The notes under the pieces were generated by a model. It was not told the DNA's origin and searched no databases. It saw only the letters and a list, made by a program, of their open reading frames with translations. DNA of 64,000 nucleotides from NCBI RefSeq assembly GCF_964204645.1, contig NC_134032.1, forward strand, positions 11,210,275 to 11,274,274, given 5' to 3'. A program made the position numbers and the translations under genes. Origin of the DNA: Tubulanus polymorphus (Eukaryota > Animalia > Nemertea). Of this stretch, positions 38,301 through 53,600 are shown one piece after another (position 1 is the first letter of the stretch; every line of letters starts with the position of its first letter).

Positions 38301-41300
38301 CGTTGTCCAAGTTACACATGACGGCGTCGCGAGCGTATAAAGTCAACCCAAGCATCAAATTCGAGGTTTTTATTCACAAAGTCGACGGTTTGTCGGACGA
38401 CCATAAAATCGAAACGCAGCGTGATATCCATCAGCGGGCTAACGACGATTTAGCGGACGCCGGATTAGACAGTTTACATCTCAGGTATTGTGCGAAATAG
38501 ATTCGAATGAGTTCCCCTGTTTGACATTTACTAAAGTGCGATAAGTTTCCAAATGAAATGCAAAGGAAATTGAAAATAACGATTAAGGTATTGCCAGCCA
38601 GTGGATCCTCAGTTGCCACAGTAGCTTTGCCAGTTCCAGAATAGGAAAGGTCTGAATTCGCATTTGTGTCACCTAATATTTTGTTAGTTCTCCATTTCAC
38701 TGATTCAATGACACCTAATGGACCCTCAATTGCCACAGTAGCACTGCTATGTATTTCTCCATTACCTTAATGTGAAATGCTTATTTCACACTAGGACATG
38801 GCAGTGGTACACATAGCATTTGGTTGTTAGGGGGGCAAAGAATAAACAACAAACAACCCCAATATAGCGATTCTTCTTATATGTCCCAACAGAATCTCTA
38901 GTAAACGTTTAACAAAATGCTTGTCAATCCCAAGTGAAGGAATTTCAATACAGAAAGATTTTTAAAATGGGCGCAAATACAGTAGAACTGGTTTAATTCG
39001 GATCACCTAGCACTGGAAATTTTGTCCAATCAAAAAGAAGTCCGGATTATGTTCTCTCGTTTGAATAGAAATAACCTAGAGGGGACTGGAATTTTTGTCC
39101 GAAATAAGTGAAGATCCGAAAAAATCCGATCTGAATTAAACGAATTGTACTGTAGACAAAATTTCTGCAGGGCAACAGCCCCTGCTGTCGCACTGAGTAC
39201 AGCTTCGTAGGACTGCTTGGTGGATCCTCGAGGTGCCATGAGCCATAATTCATGATGACTGAATATGTTTTCCCACTGTTTATATTTCAGTTTTCATTTG
39301 ACGAGTATATACGACCACTCAATATTCGAAGCGTTCAGTAAAGTTGTGCAGAAATTAATTCCGCAATTGCCGACGCTGGAAAATCTGCTCAATATTTTCA
39401 TTTCGGTGAGTTGCACCCTACCCCTCGCCGACAAAGGTCTGCCGTGGTCAAATTCAGCGTGGCCACTTGTCTGGAAATCAGCGAAAAGTCAGTGAATTTT
39501 CTTTTCTTCAGAAAAGTTAGGGAACACTGACTTGACCTGGAATCCTGAAAAACATAGGGAATCAGAAAAATCTGGCAAAAATCAGGGAATTTGACAAATT
39601 TCACCAAAAACCTGGAAAACTCGGGAATTCGGATAATGTTATTAACCGTGTGTCCTTTATCACTTGGTGATTCAATCAATAATGAGTGAACTATAACATT
39701 TCGAACCTAGAAATTAATCCGGTTCACTCACGAAATTTTGTGTAATCACATAGAAAAGTAAGGGAAAACATGAGGGATTTGTAAATGGGCGGAAAGTGGT
39801 CACCTCGCAAATGAAACCATGGACAGCTGACATTCAGAATACTTTTTCATGTGACAGACTCTATTATCTGGTCTGCTTGGGGAAAACAATATTCACCGAT
39901 ATCGATACGTCGTTTATTTTCGTTTGCAGAATTCTGGTATTGAGAAAGCATTCCTGTTCGACGTGGTCAGCAAAATCTACATCGCTACCGACAGTTCACC
40001 CGTTGATATGCAGTCTTACGAATTATGTTGTGATATGATCGATGTAGTCATCGATGTTAGCTGTATTTACGGGTGAGTGTGTGATGTTCTACATCCCGAA
40101 ATTCTTTATCCCTACAATCTGACGCCTCCTGCCAAACCCTATCTCAAGACTCCAACAGTTGTTCGACTTTTATGCAGTTATCAATCCGCTACCTGGACCC
40201 CCTCAGATATACGATACTTTATCAACATTCCTGCAAGTTTTGATCTTCCACCCCTTCACATTTATTCAGGACATGTTGAATTGAAACTTCTTTTGGGTGT
40301 ATATAGGACTCCTCCTAGGGTATACTGCCGAAAATGGCTTTCCTTAGTACCTCCTATGTATGAAGGATGTATGTGTATGTTGTGAATTCACAAATCGACC
40401 ATTTATATTGTGAATATGGATGATCCTTACCAACAGTGCTTTCTTTTTCTATCAAGAAATGCTTGAAGTGCTAGATTTTGCCTCAGTCTACCTACCGAGC
40501 CCTGGGCCCAGTTTCACGAAGAAGTTAAACTCAAATATTTGGTGTAATTGCCATTGGTTACTTCATGTTTTCAATGAGGACAACAATTGAAACTTAACTG
40601 ATTTAAGCTTAAACTTTTTCGTGAAACCGGGCCCGGCTTGATTTATCTATTTGACAAGTGTACATGGTGGAGTAGACTTGCGGCCCTTGAAATAGTCTCG
40701 ATAGGAAAGTTTTCTAAGCTTTATTTGTGTGATGTTTTCTTTTTCCAGGGAGGACACAGAAACTAGTGCGTTTGATACGCAATCTAGTTCGATAATACGT
40801 TTAAACAACGCGACTATTTTATATCTACGAGAGGTGAACAAGTACTTAGCTCTAGTCTGTATATTACGTGAGGATAGTTTCGATAGGCAAGGTACGTATA
40901 GATGTTACGCACAATTAAATTATTTGACATGGCATTGCGTTCATCGCATGTCATCCTCCCGTGGTAGCGATTTGAATCTGATGATACGGAGAAGCCTCAT
41001 CTACGGCATGATATCTGCCTGCTGCTGACCACGGACTTGAGAGAATTTGCATTTAGAGACCTTCATTTTATAGTGGACTCCTCTAGTATTACTGCAGAGT
41101 TTCTATGGAATGACTTCAACTGGGTCTATAATTCTAGTCATTGTTCTCCATATGCTGGTATTTGAGTAAAAGGGCTGCATCCATTGTGAAGTTAATGACA
41201 TTGTGGCTGCTGAAGTAGCAAGGCTTTCGATGCCGAAAATACAGAAATTTAAGCTTCATTTCGGTGTAATCGTCTTCTATTTTTCATATTAGCTCAATAT

Positions 41301-41674
41301 ATTTCGAAACAATCATCAGCATTGATAGAATATTGACATCCACTCCGGTAGGGGCAGCAGATATTTTATAAGGGGTGGCCGATTTTCAGATGGGTGCATT
41401 TTAAAGATAAAAGGGTCCCTTTTAAACCTGTTGTGAACTGAAATTTGAAGAAAAACTACTGCAGGATTTAGATCAGATGACGAAAATCATAACATGCCTT
41501 TTGTTTTAGAACTTCTATTCATTGGTCATTTCAGGAATAATCGATTATAATTTTCATTGCTTCCGGCGGGCGATTCAAGAGGTATTCGACGTGCGGTGTA
41601 AAAGTCAACTGCTACAACACAGTTCACAGGATAGCGTGCAAAGTAACGGACTACCGGTGAAATCAATGACGTGA
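35390..41674 (+). CDS. RRAGC: Ras-related GTP-binding protein C/D (Rag GTPase), 9 coding exons
   Basis: Exons 35390-35401 (MATM), 36428-36594, 37435-37529, 37626-37759, 38285-38484, 39291-39405, 39930-40072, 40749-40891, 41535-41674. Motifs [51 protein letters not shown]. Probably the single invertebrate RagC/D co-orthologue; the start exon is the least certain part. Confidence 0.95.
36853..37140. mobile_element. Non-autonomous piggyBac-like element
   Basis: TTAA|CCCTTTCAGTGC ... GCACTGAAAGGG|TTAA: TTAA TSD and 12-bp TIR. Confidence 0.85.
38980..39152. mobile_element. Tc1/mariner-type MITE
   Basis: TA|CAGTAGAACTGGTTTAATTCGGATC ... GATCTGAATTAAACGAATTGTACTG|TA: imperfect TIR and TA flanks. 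Confidence 0.65.
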
Positions 41675-42839
41675 GCGCCACCTTCATTATAGAATAGGTA
41701 GGCGTGTATCGTTTGCGAAGAACGCCATCTGCTGTACACGAACGAATTCTGGATTCTCGTATTTGATGCTGATGATGATTCGCGTTTATTTATGTAATCA
41801 AGGGAATTAAACTTATTGTCGACAATTGACGATGCATGATTGGCAGTTTAATTGGCCAATTAATTAATTGATTAGTGGGCAATTAGTCCGGCGACAATTC
41901 TAGAAAGTCTTGAATTATGAATTTGTGTTCGAACTTTTGATTTTGTGGCTTGTACTTCAAATGAAGTAGTTGAATTGTTGTTGATGGAGCTTTAATCCAG
42001 AAAAAAATTTCGATCCTATAATTTTCCTCAAAGATGTGGAAATTTCGGTCTCCGAAATGAAGAACGTGAACAAGGCGTCTTTATTAAAAGGATACGACTT
42101 GTTTACGATATTAAACAATACTTAATCCAGAGAAACGAAAGGGTAGTAAGGGATTATAAAAGGTTGCGAAAACATCTAAAATCGTTTACCGTATTGAAAC
42201 GGAAGTTGAAAAGTGATGTTGTAAATATCATTATTATATATAGCGAAGAAAAGATTATAAATGAATTCTGTGTAAATCTTTAGGTAAAATATTATTAAAA
42301 ATAAACCTGTAAAGTTTATAAGTGAAAGAAATGTTTTGATTTCGTCATAAGCTTTTATGTTAAACGAGGAATTTTGCCTTGTAACTGGTATGAGGATTTT
42401 TAGGTGGATATGGTCTATTTGGAGAGCAGTCTTCTGTTTGATGTGGGGAATGGTTATCATCGGGACTAGCCAAAATTAGTTATAAGTGGATGTCACAGGA
42501 GTGCGCAGTTGATGTTTAGGGGGAAAAGTAGCTTGGATCCTCCCAATATTCCAGCATCTTTATTTGATAAAGAATATTCGGAAAGAAGTTTCAGAAGCTG
42601 AACTCATGGACAGGGGCTCAAGTTTGGGGTGAAATGATAGCATAGATGGTCCTATATATCCGAGGTACTATTACCTGGGTTATTGGATTATACTGGATGA
42701 TCTAAGCTACTATTCACCCCCAAACTCCAAATACGAGCCCCTGTGCTCGAAACTTGTACGACTGGGTCCGGAGGAAGCTGCAGCCCGCAAAACCACAAAA
42801 TTGCGCGATGAAATGCTGAATATTGTACGGTGCTGCCAC

Positions 42840-43104
42840 CACAAGTTTTACACACGCTCCATGAATGAACGGTTCAAGTAGGTCATTTGATGACGTTTTA
42901 AGGTGTGGCAACCAATCAGCCACATGGAATACGGACACACCCGCGTTCGGTGACCTCGCTGAACAGGTGCCCGTGAGGAAAGCCCCGAGAACTGAATCCG
43001 ACCCGAGATTTTGTTCCCGAATAAAGCCCGTATTTTTGCGGCGATTCAGTTCGAATTTTGCTCGCAAACAGTCGCCGAAACCTCGCGGAATACATTTCGG
43101 GTAT
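42840..43104 (+). promoter_or_regulatory. Probable native glutaminase promoter/5'UTR, displaced by the transposon
   Basis: CpG-rich relative to flanks; CRE-like TGACGT at 42891 and CCAAT at 42912-42916. Removing the TSD-bounded insert joins this region to 50586-50602 and the GLS ATG. Confidence 0.5.
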
Positions 43105-43485
43105 AAATTGAACTTCACCAAGAACCTTAGTGTCTGATGTACCACAGACACTAAGGTGCGAATGACATTTTCTCGATACTCTTCAATCACTGTGACTTTA
43201 AACCACCAGAAATCCAGTTTCACCGAACCGATTGTCAAAAATAAACTCTCTTTACAAACCTCAAACATTCAGTTTTCTTATTAGTGTATTTATTCGGAGG
43301 AGCTTTGATTATATTCCGTGCATGATGCGATATTATTGAGGAAATTGCACAAACGACGCCATTTTCAACTTTTGAAATCAGCTCGATAGCAACGCCCTCG
43401 AGCGATCTATATTGTTACTCGGGAGACTCGTACGGGAGTGTACGGCATCGGAACAGACACTGGACGGGCTGATTTAATTCCTAGG

Positions 43486-45754
<2,269 letters not shown>

Positions 45755-46028
45755 TGAATATTGAATAGATTATCCCCCTGGTAGGCAACACTGGGTTGTA
45801 AAATTAATAGTAGAAGCTCTGCCTGTTATTCGCTCGTCACTCCAGGAATGGACGTCGAAAGTTATCGACGGAATGAAACGGACGGAATGCGCAAAAGGTG
45901 TAGCTGCTGCGAGGCTTGCAGGATTTCATGTGGATGATTGATAATTGATTTTTGATTTTTGAAATGAAATACTTTATGCTTCAAATATATAGATGTTGTA
46001 TATATGATGGCTCAAATATTGTAAATAA

Positions 46029-49000
46029 TTACCTCAATTGAATCAAAGCGTCCATATCACGACTATGTTTTTGTAGTTTCTTTTTCAACTTAGCAGCCCC
46101 ACGATCACTTATTGTGGTTATTGGCTCGTAATCTGGAAATCCTCGATGATGGCGGCCAGGAATCCATTGAAAAAGATTGTTTTCCTCATACATTTCAATG
46201 AATGCGCGAACCTTATCAGTGTAAGCATTTTCACCGTGCGATTCTAGAAATTTAATAATAAAAGACGATTTAATTTCGGCACGCTCTAGATCATTCCAAT
46301 CGATTACATATTCGTCAATTTACCATTATTCGAATAAACGTATGTGTCGGCGATGTTCGTCTCGTACAACCTATCAATGTTTTTCGCAACTTGCCCTATC
46401 AACTGACTAGCTCTGGCTACAGATGCATCGGTGTATCGCCCATTCAGCTGTTTGAGATTCTCTGAAGAAACGATAAGTAAAAATATAGATAAATGAAATA
46501 AATTTTATGAAAATCAATGGACTGTTAAATAAAACCGAGTGACAGTTTTCATACCCTTGAATTGGCCGTTCAGCAATTCATTGACGTAGTCCATTGGGTG
46601 ATTCTTACCGACCCCGCCTACAACATTAACTGTTCGATTCCATGTAACTTCCTTGCAGATTCTTTCTGGCCACCCACCATTGAGACCTACAGCAATTACA
46701 AGAAATCATGTAAAATAAAGTTCAAATTACCAGACGATTAGGCTTATAATAATATCACACCTGCAAGGAGGTCATGGCCAAGTATCAGGTATTTGTTGTG
46801 ATTGCCTAAATGAAAATTAGGCATATCAAGCCTCCAGTGGTCAATGATTGCCGCTCCATCTCCTTCTCTCACGGCGTCGACCCGACATCTATCGTTCAAT
46901 ATCGACCACAGCAATCCGATCGAATACAAAAAAACGCGATCTTTTGACGATTCCGATCTGCACATCTCTGAACAAAACCAATCCGAATCTGAAATAGATA
47001 CATTAAATTAATAAAAACTCAAAACAGTTAATTAAAAGTAAACTTGGTGTGAATTTAAACGGTACCTGTCGGCTTTGTGGATAACCCGATACAATCGAGA
47101 TGAAGAATGCCATTGTATATACATTTTTGTCCATTTTGGCATTTGATTGTCGGTTTTGCCTGCACAGTTTTACATACACAAAATATAGACGCCTTTGAAT
47201 TTTCGCATTCCTTGCAGCACCACCAATCTCCTAGAATTTCTCCATCAACTCCTACGCAGCTCCAGTGGAACCATTTTCCGTTTTCACATACAGGATTGCT
47301 GCATTCAATCATAGGTTCGTCTTCTAGGTCTATTATTAAAATCTTATTCTGTTCAATCACTTAGCAGGAATGATTGGAAAAAATCAAAATTGAAATGAAA
47401 TGATGAGAAAAAAAGATTAAGATTAAGTACCTTCTTCGCATAAACAGTAAAATGCTGTTTCATCTTCGTTCGGTACAGATACAACGCGGTTGCAGTCAAC
47501 TGGTAACCATACCGTATGGACGATCTGCGTAGCCAGCTCATCAATTGTCTTGGATGTTTTCTTTTCGCAAATGCTTCTCGCCAATAAACAAATGAGCCCA
47601 TCACCCACAAACGATAAAAAATTACTCACCTAAAAACCGATAATTTTGATTTTTATCAATACATTAAATTTTCCATTCTCTGAATTTGATAAACTTTAAT
47701 CTCACTTGATTGAAATTAGCCATGACGTCTTTCTTCAGCCTTTTGTGATGGAACACGTTTTTCATATGGAACAGAGTCCCGCGATCTCGTTGGCTTTCTT
47801 GTTTAAAGAATTTGTCCATTATGTCCTAAGAATTAGCATTAAACATTATACATTCAAATCATATTTCACACAAAGTTTTATTACTAGAAAATTGATTTTC
47901 GAATGGTAACCTGAAGGATAATTCCACGTTTGTGGAATTCTTGCGGGACGACAGTCAATCCTTCTAAGCGGCTTAGCTCGTTACCAGCGCCCATTCTCGC
48001 TCTCGACGCAGATTTCGACCTCTCGACCGTCATGCCATCGCCGTGACATGGAATGGTGTAAATGCCATTTGGTTCCGTTGGCACGTATTTCGCTTGCAGG
48101 TGTTCCAATATGGCGATAGTTCCAGCCGTAGTAGATGGGTCCTCCTCTATCACACCGATGTTAATCTGCAAATATATTTGACATAAACAGGTATTACTTC
48201 ATGTTCATACAAGGAGGACAATGAAGGCTTTATGAAAGTTCTTACTACTTTACTCTTCTTTGACATTGCAGCCGAATAACGATGAAGGATGTGCTCGTTC
48301 ACAATTTCATTTTCATAACATTGAAAATATTTCTTGAGCACACGTTTTACCAGTACGATCATCCGGGCCTTCAAATTTTCTAAGTCGTTCTGATTTGGGA
48401 GGAATGTTGTGATTGGCATTTGTGTTGCAGGTTTGTAATGAAAATCGTCTATATTTTCAAACGTAACGCGGTTTACTGAAGCAAACGCGAGCGCCCAAAG
48501 CATCATTTTGTTTTGTGTGCGTCCTTCATAACGGGCTAAAGAAAGTTTCTGCACATTATCCCAACAAAGCGAGTAACCTGAGGATGATCAAAAGATTTTA
48601 AACATGTAGTTAATATTTGATATATATATATATACGTAAATTGTGTAATGCACGTATTACTGGTACAATCAGAAACATACTTGTTATTTGGCTGGTTTTC
48701 GCAGCGAATTGACGCTGAAAGAATTATAGATATATATATATATACTTATTACAATGTTAATGAAAAAAATTCATGTGACGTTTAATGAAAAAATAGGTTT
48801 ACTTCAACATTTTGTTTCATGTGCATGATATCTTTGTCGTAAGTTTCTCGAATCCTATCGACAACCTTCCGCGTACATACAGGTCCGAAGCAAACTCCGA
48901 GTTTAGAGAAGCATTGATATAGCTGAAATCAAACGGATTTATGCGATTGCATTATACATGTATCAACGAAAAAAACGATGTAAAGTGTAAATGCATCTTA

Positions 49001-50143
49001 CTTGCTGCCTGCATCCACTTCGCCACATCTGAAGAGAATTGATTTCCTTCAAAAAACGAACTTTTCTGCAATTTCTAGAGTCTAGAATTGTTGACACTAC
49101 GAACCCGAAGCGGTTATCCGGTGTTTGTGAATTTCTATGAATAAAAATCACTAAAATGTTACTATTGAATGCTTGAGGAAAAAAAACAGCAAACTTCAGA
49201 TCTCATACCGTTTTCCTGCCATTAACGATAACAATATACTTGTTAATGCGGGCATTGATCCTTTGATAGCGCCGACTGTTTCAGACCACGAAAACTGTTC
49301 CATATTTTCAAGCGAGGCTTCGTCAAAAAGTGGCGATTTTGTTTGCATGAAGGCCTGCTTCTCTTTCTTGATGAGTATACTTACTACAGCAAGTAGCTGA
49401 ATAAATGCAACCTTACTCTTTTTTAAAAGTAACAATATCGCTCCTTTATAATTCGAGTGGCCGATCATTTTTTGGGCCTGGTGTCTGAAGTTTTTCTGGA
49501 ATTGATATAATATATGATATGTGTACATACCATTACATTTGATTTTAATCTAAGAACTATATAGCCCATTGGTCTTAGTCAATTTCAGAAAGGCCTGATT
49601 ATTTCAGGTACAATCTGAACTCAAATGAATAGTCTATCCTACCACAGAGATTTTTGTGGAAAAACCAGCAGCATCTCCTCCGCCTTGTTCAACACTTATT
49701 CGTTTTGGAAGCCTAGACGTGGAGCATTCAGGTGAATTGTGTAGAGATCGTTTTGTTCCCCGATTGAATACCGGTATCGAATTATTTCTAGACTGAATTT
49801 CAACTTGAAATAAACAAAGTTTTGCGAAATAAGATCGTGAAATGATTCACTTGATAAACATTTTTCTGTGTTTGAAAAGTAATTGATTAACTTATTTTGG
49901 AAACTCACCTTTGATCTCATTTAATTCTCTTGTTTTTTTACTATATGCTTCTAAAAGTTTAAAACATGTGTAACAAACGAATTCCTTTTCGGGGTGAAGA
50001 CAAAATCCGTATTCCAAGCAGACCCTTATTACTGAAAAACCCTTAGCAATCTCACGTGTTTTGTGGAATCTTTTCCACCCTTTCTGCTTAGCTTCGAAAT
50101 TGCCGCCGCAAAATGCGCACTCGGAAGGCGACGAAGGTGCCAT
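46029..50143 (-). CDS. Academ-type transposase with N-terminal CxxC...CxxC module and two internal PHD fingers, ~968 aa, 15 exons
   Basis: Exons 50143-49909, 49803-49643, 49549-49209, 49134-49002, 48922-48803, 48714-48681, 48577-48246, 48165-47911, 47825-47706, 47629-47431, 47329-47066, 46988-46761, 46686-46555, 46461-46324, 46243-46029; all phases compatible. Motifs WDN, HGDGMT, EFH, REGDG, H..KY, WNRTVN..G..G.N.PMD..NE..N, LF..IPGR.H. The exon 3 acceptor is ambiguous. Confidence 0.85.
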
Positions 50144-50602
50144 CTTTCAATAAACTACGGCAAAATACCACTCGACCGCATTGGAATCCCGGTCGGTTCT
50201 CTTGATTGACAGCCGGATGTTATTGTTGCGGGTTGCCACGTGACATTCTATCATCGGCTTGAACCGATTTTCAGATTCTAAATTGTCTTTCCTTTTTTCA
50301 TTTGAAAACCAATGCTACCTAATGGTGTTTTATCCTCAAACAAATATATTGAACAAACGCATGTTGTCATAAGGTTAGTGTAGATAGTTTATTTATCAAA
50401 ATCGGTTATTTACAAGCTGAGATATCGCAGTTTGAACACGGACAAAAAAGCCGACCAAATTCTGGTCGGCAACTGTACAGCGAATTTGAATGCACGCGTC
50501 TGGGTGGTTGGTTACACGAGGATCGTAGAGCGACGGAGATCACTGGTGGAGACAACCACTGCCAGTGCTGGGTGAAAAATTGAACCTGAACCCGGGCCTA
50601 AA

Positions 50603-53600
50603 ATGCCCATTGTACGCGCAATCTGTAACCAACTGAAGCTCTCTAATCTTCTACGATGGCGCCGGGTGATTCTTCAACCATCATCAGGATTTTTATGCGA
50701 GTCGAGACAAGCGAGCTCGTTTAATCGGGGACCCAGCGATCTGACACATCATGAACCAGCTGGAGAAGTAACCAGGTGAGGATTTCTAAATTTTAAATTG
50801 ATTGCCTGATCTTGATATCAAACTGCACGAGAAGGCGCCAAATGAATGAATGCTGGCTACATGCCAAATCTCCTACACCCGACCATCATAAATTTGTGAG
50901 TGCAGTCTCGTCAATTAATTCTGAAGGCTGTGACCTACATTTCATTCATTAAAGACTATCAGTATTTTAATTAGGTCAATTACGACTTCGTGATCAATTG
51001 CTGTTTGAATAGGGTAACTCATTATTATTCAGCTGTCTGTGGTAATTAGTTTCACTTTTCGGATATTTTCACAATTAAAGCCATCTGAGCATAAAAAGTT
51101 TACCACCAATGATTCGGATAAGGTACCATTACACCACCAGTAACTAGTACAAAAATAGCCTGAGAGCTTAGCTTCAGGCACTTTTCAGGGGTTGAGGAAC
51201 AGGGACTGGGTCATTGCTTGTTACTTACCGGTCAGGCTACCTAATCATTGGTGGTATTAGCTTTTATAAACGGATGGGTTTGAAAGTATCCGATCGTGAC
51301 ACTAAACCATAGACAGGTCGAATAGGTCATTGCGAGTATCTTTGGGCACTCGTAACAGATACAATTTTAGTCTCGCAGATAGCTTAAAAATTTGACTCTG
51401 ACTTATGACCAAAGCTTATTTTGGATCTTAACCAAGCTTACAGCTTCTGACAGTTTTATACCAGTTTTGATCATTTTGTTGCCAATCTAACAACCCAAGT
51501 CCTGTCGAAATGCGGGGACCGCTGAGCGAGGAGGCTTTAAAAAAGATATGAATATATATAATATGTTTCACTATGCATTTACTTTTCAAATTATCTTGTG
51601 GAGGACCCCAAACCCCCTAGGAAACTTTCCTCTGCGCGCTTCAGTTCTAACGAACTTAAAACCAGTCTAACTAAGCTTGCTTCGGTAATGTAGCTAATCA
51701 AACAACCTGAAACCGGTCTTAACGTCTTTAATAACCATATTACGATTTGCAAATTTTTTTCACGCGATTTTCTCTCTAAACGCGTTTGTATTTTTTCAGA
51801 GATTTGACCAATCCTCAAAAATTATTCGAAACCGTCGATGAATTATTTGATTCGTCCGCAAGGTAACTTTTTCACGCACCTCCGCGTATTGGCTAACTAG
51901 AAACCCGAAATCAACGCACCGCGACGTAAAATTATTACTGGCTTTTTTTTCATCAATATCGATAACTGGTGTCGTTGAATGTTATCACGGCAAGATTGTT
52001 GTAAATATATATGCTATCGTAGATGAATTCGCTTTTTACCATTGTTTGACTCCCGTTGGAAACCAGGATTCGAAGGGAACTGGGAACCGTCTTCAATAAT
52101 GCATGCCTCGAACACCTTCTTTTTCATTCTCTCCCGCGTGCTATGAGCCTGACCAGTTTACGGTAGAATTTCACCTTTTCGATCTCAATTCCAGGCCTGC
52201 GTTCTCATGTAAATAAAATTCATCTTAGCTGCCTTCTTCCAGGGCTGCCAAATCTATTCCTGATTTTCAGTTGTTGTTAGAATTTTATAACAAGAAATAA
52301 GCCTACTGGTTTGATGCAAACAAAAATACCAGTATGAAAAATGTTACCAAGGGTCTTACTAGTGATGACTGATTAATTTGAACATTTACTTTCATATTTC
52401 AATGAAATGTTACCGGTACTGAAAAAAATTTGTTACTGATAGCACTCTTCAGAGATTGGCAGCCCTGTTGTTTGCGAAAGATAGTCGGCCCATGTTCCAC
52501 AGCGAAGACTTAAATCGAAATACAGGCTATTTATAATCTCTTTATAAGGACTAGACCTTTATTCAAAATGAGCTAAGTTCGGTCTTAAAGTCACGATTAT
52601 GGAATATGGCCTTGAATTTCGTTTTTACGTTATTCCGAGTTCACCTCGAGCTCAGGGAGAGATTGAATATTTTCGTCTTATTAGTTTGAAACCTTGGAGT
52701 TATTATTCCAACGAAATAACCACTCCAAAGTTATTGCAGACTCCGTAGCAACACCGATACCCGCCCGCAACTATCGTAGAACTGGGTTCAGATTTCAGTT
52801 TCATGAAAAGAGTTCAAAGCTCAGAATTTTGGTTGGAACTAGTTAACCAATAAAGATTATACTCAAAGAATGATACCTTGTTTCTTCTCCTAATCGGTCG
52901 TAATCAGTTCATTTCTATAACTGTTGGGTCTGTCATGGTAAAATAGATCATGCTTTGAAAATATAGTAATGTACAAGGTAAATAGGCGACTGACTGGGTC
53001 AACTTTTAAGCTCAGCAGAAGTGAGAAACAAGGTATCAATTTTATTCAGTCTAACTTAGTTAAAGAATGATGTTGGTGCCAATTTGACTTAAGCCTTTTT
53101 CGTGAAACTGGATATAGACATATATATTTTTTTTTGTTTTCGGTGGTCATTCGATGACTTATTGAATTGAATTTTATTTCAGGTTTATTTACGATTACTC
53201 AAAAAGTCACAGTCTAAACCATGTATCTGTAATAAGGTGTGTGTGTGTGTCCAGTATTTATATGTATACCTACTGATTCAGACTTATGTTTAATTACAGC
53301 TAATCGCGCTGGGCCGGGTTTCACAAGAAAAAAAAAAGATCAAATAATACCTCTCCATTATTTCAGATCCAGTTTAAATGGATTAAAAATTTTTTTTTGT
53401 GAAACTGGGAACTGAACAACATAACATTAACGGCTTTATATTTCGCTTATTAAACCAAGCCTCCCGCTTTCCCTGTCTCGTCTCTGTTTTCCTTGAAATA
53501 TTCCTAGATATGTTTTCGGCGAGTGATTACCTTTAAAAACCGTACCCGGAATCTAGAATAACGGGTCTTACAGAGACGGAGGGAAATAGAGAGCTAGGGC

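Noticed and set aside
42621-42726. Another TTCACC/GGTGAA pair suggesting a second, enclosing Academ element
   Set aside because: The orientation is opposite to element termini and no matching TSD was found.
42714-43268. 184-aa minus-strand ORF and 90-aa plus-strand ORF
   Set aside because: Both cross the transposon boundary, have no recognisable motifs and overlap GC-rich promoter-like sequence.
47055-47450. Stand-alone ING-family gene
   Set aside because: The PHD exons splice in frame to transposase exons on both sides, and there is no ING N-terminal domain.
52020-52165. Alternative glutaminase exon
   Set aside because: Stops in the frames tested; no phase-compatible open exon found.
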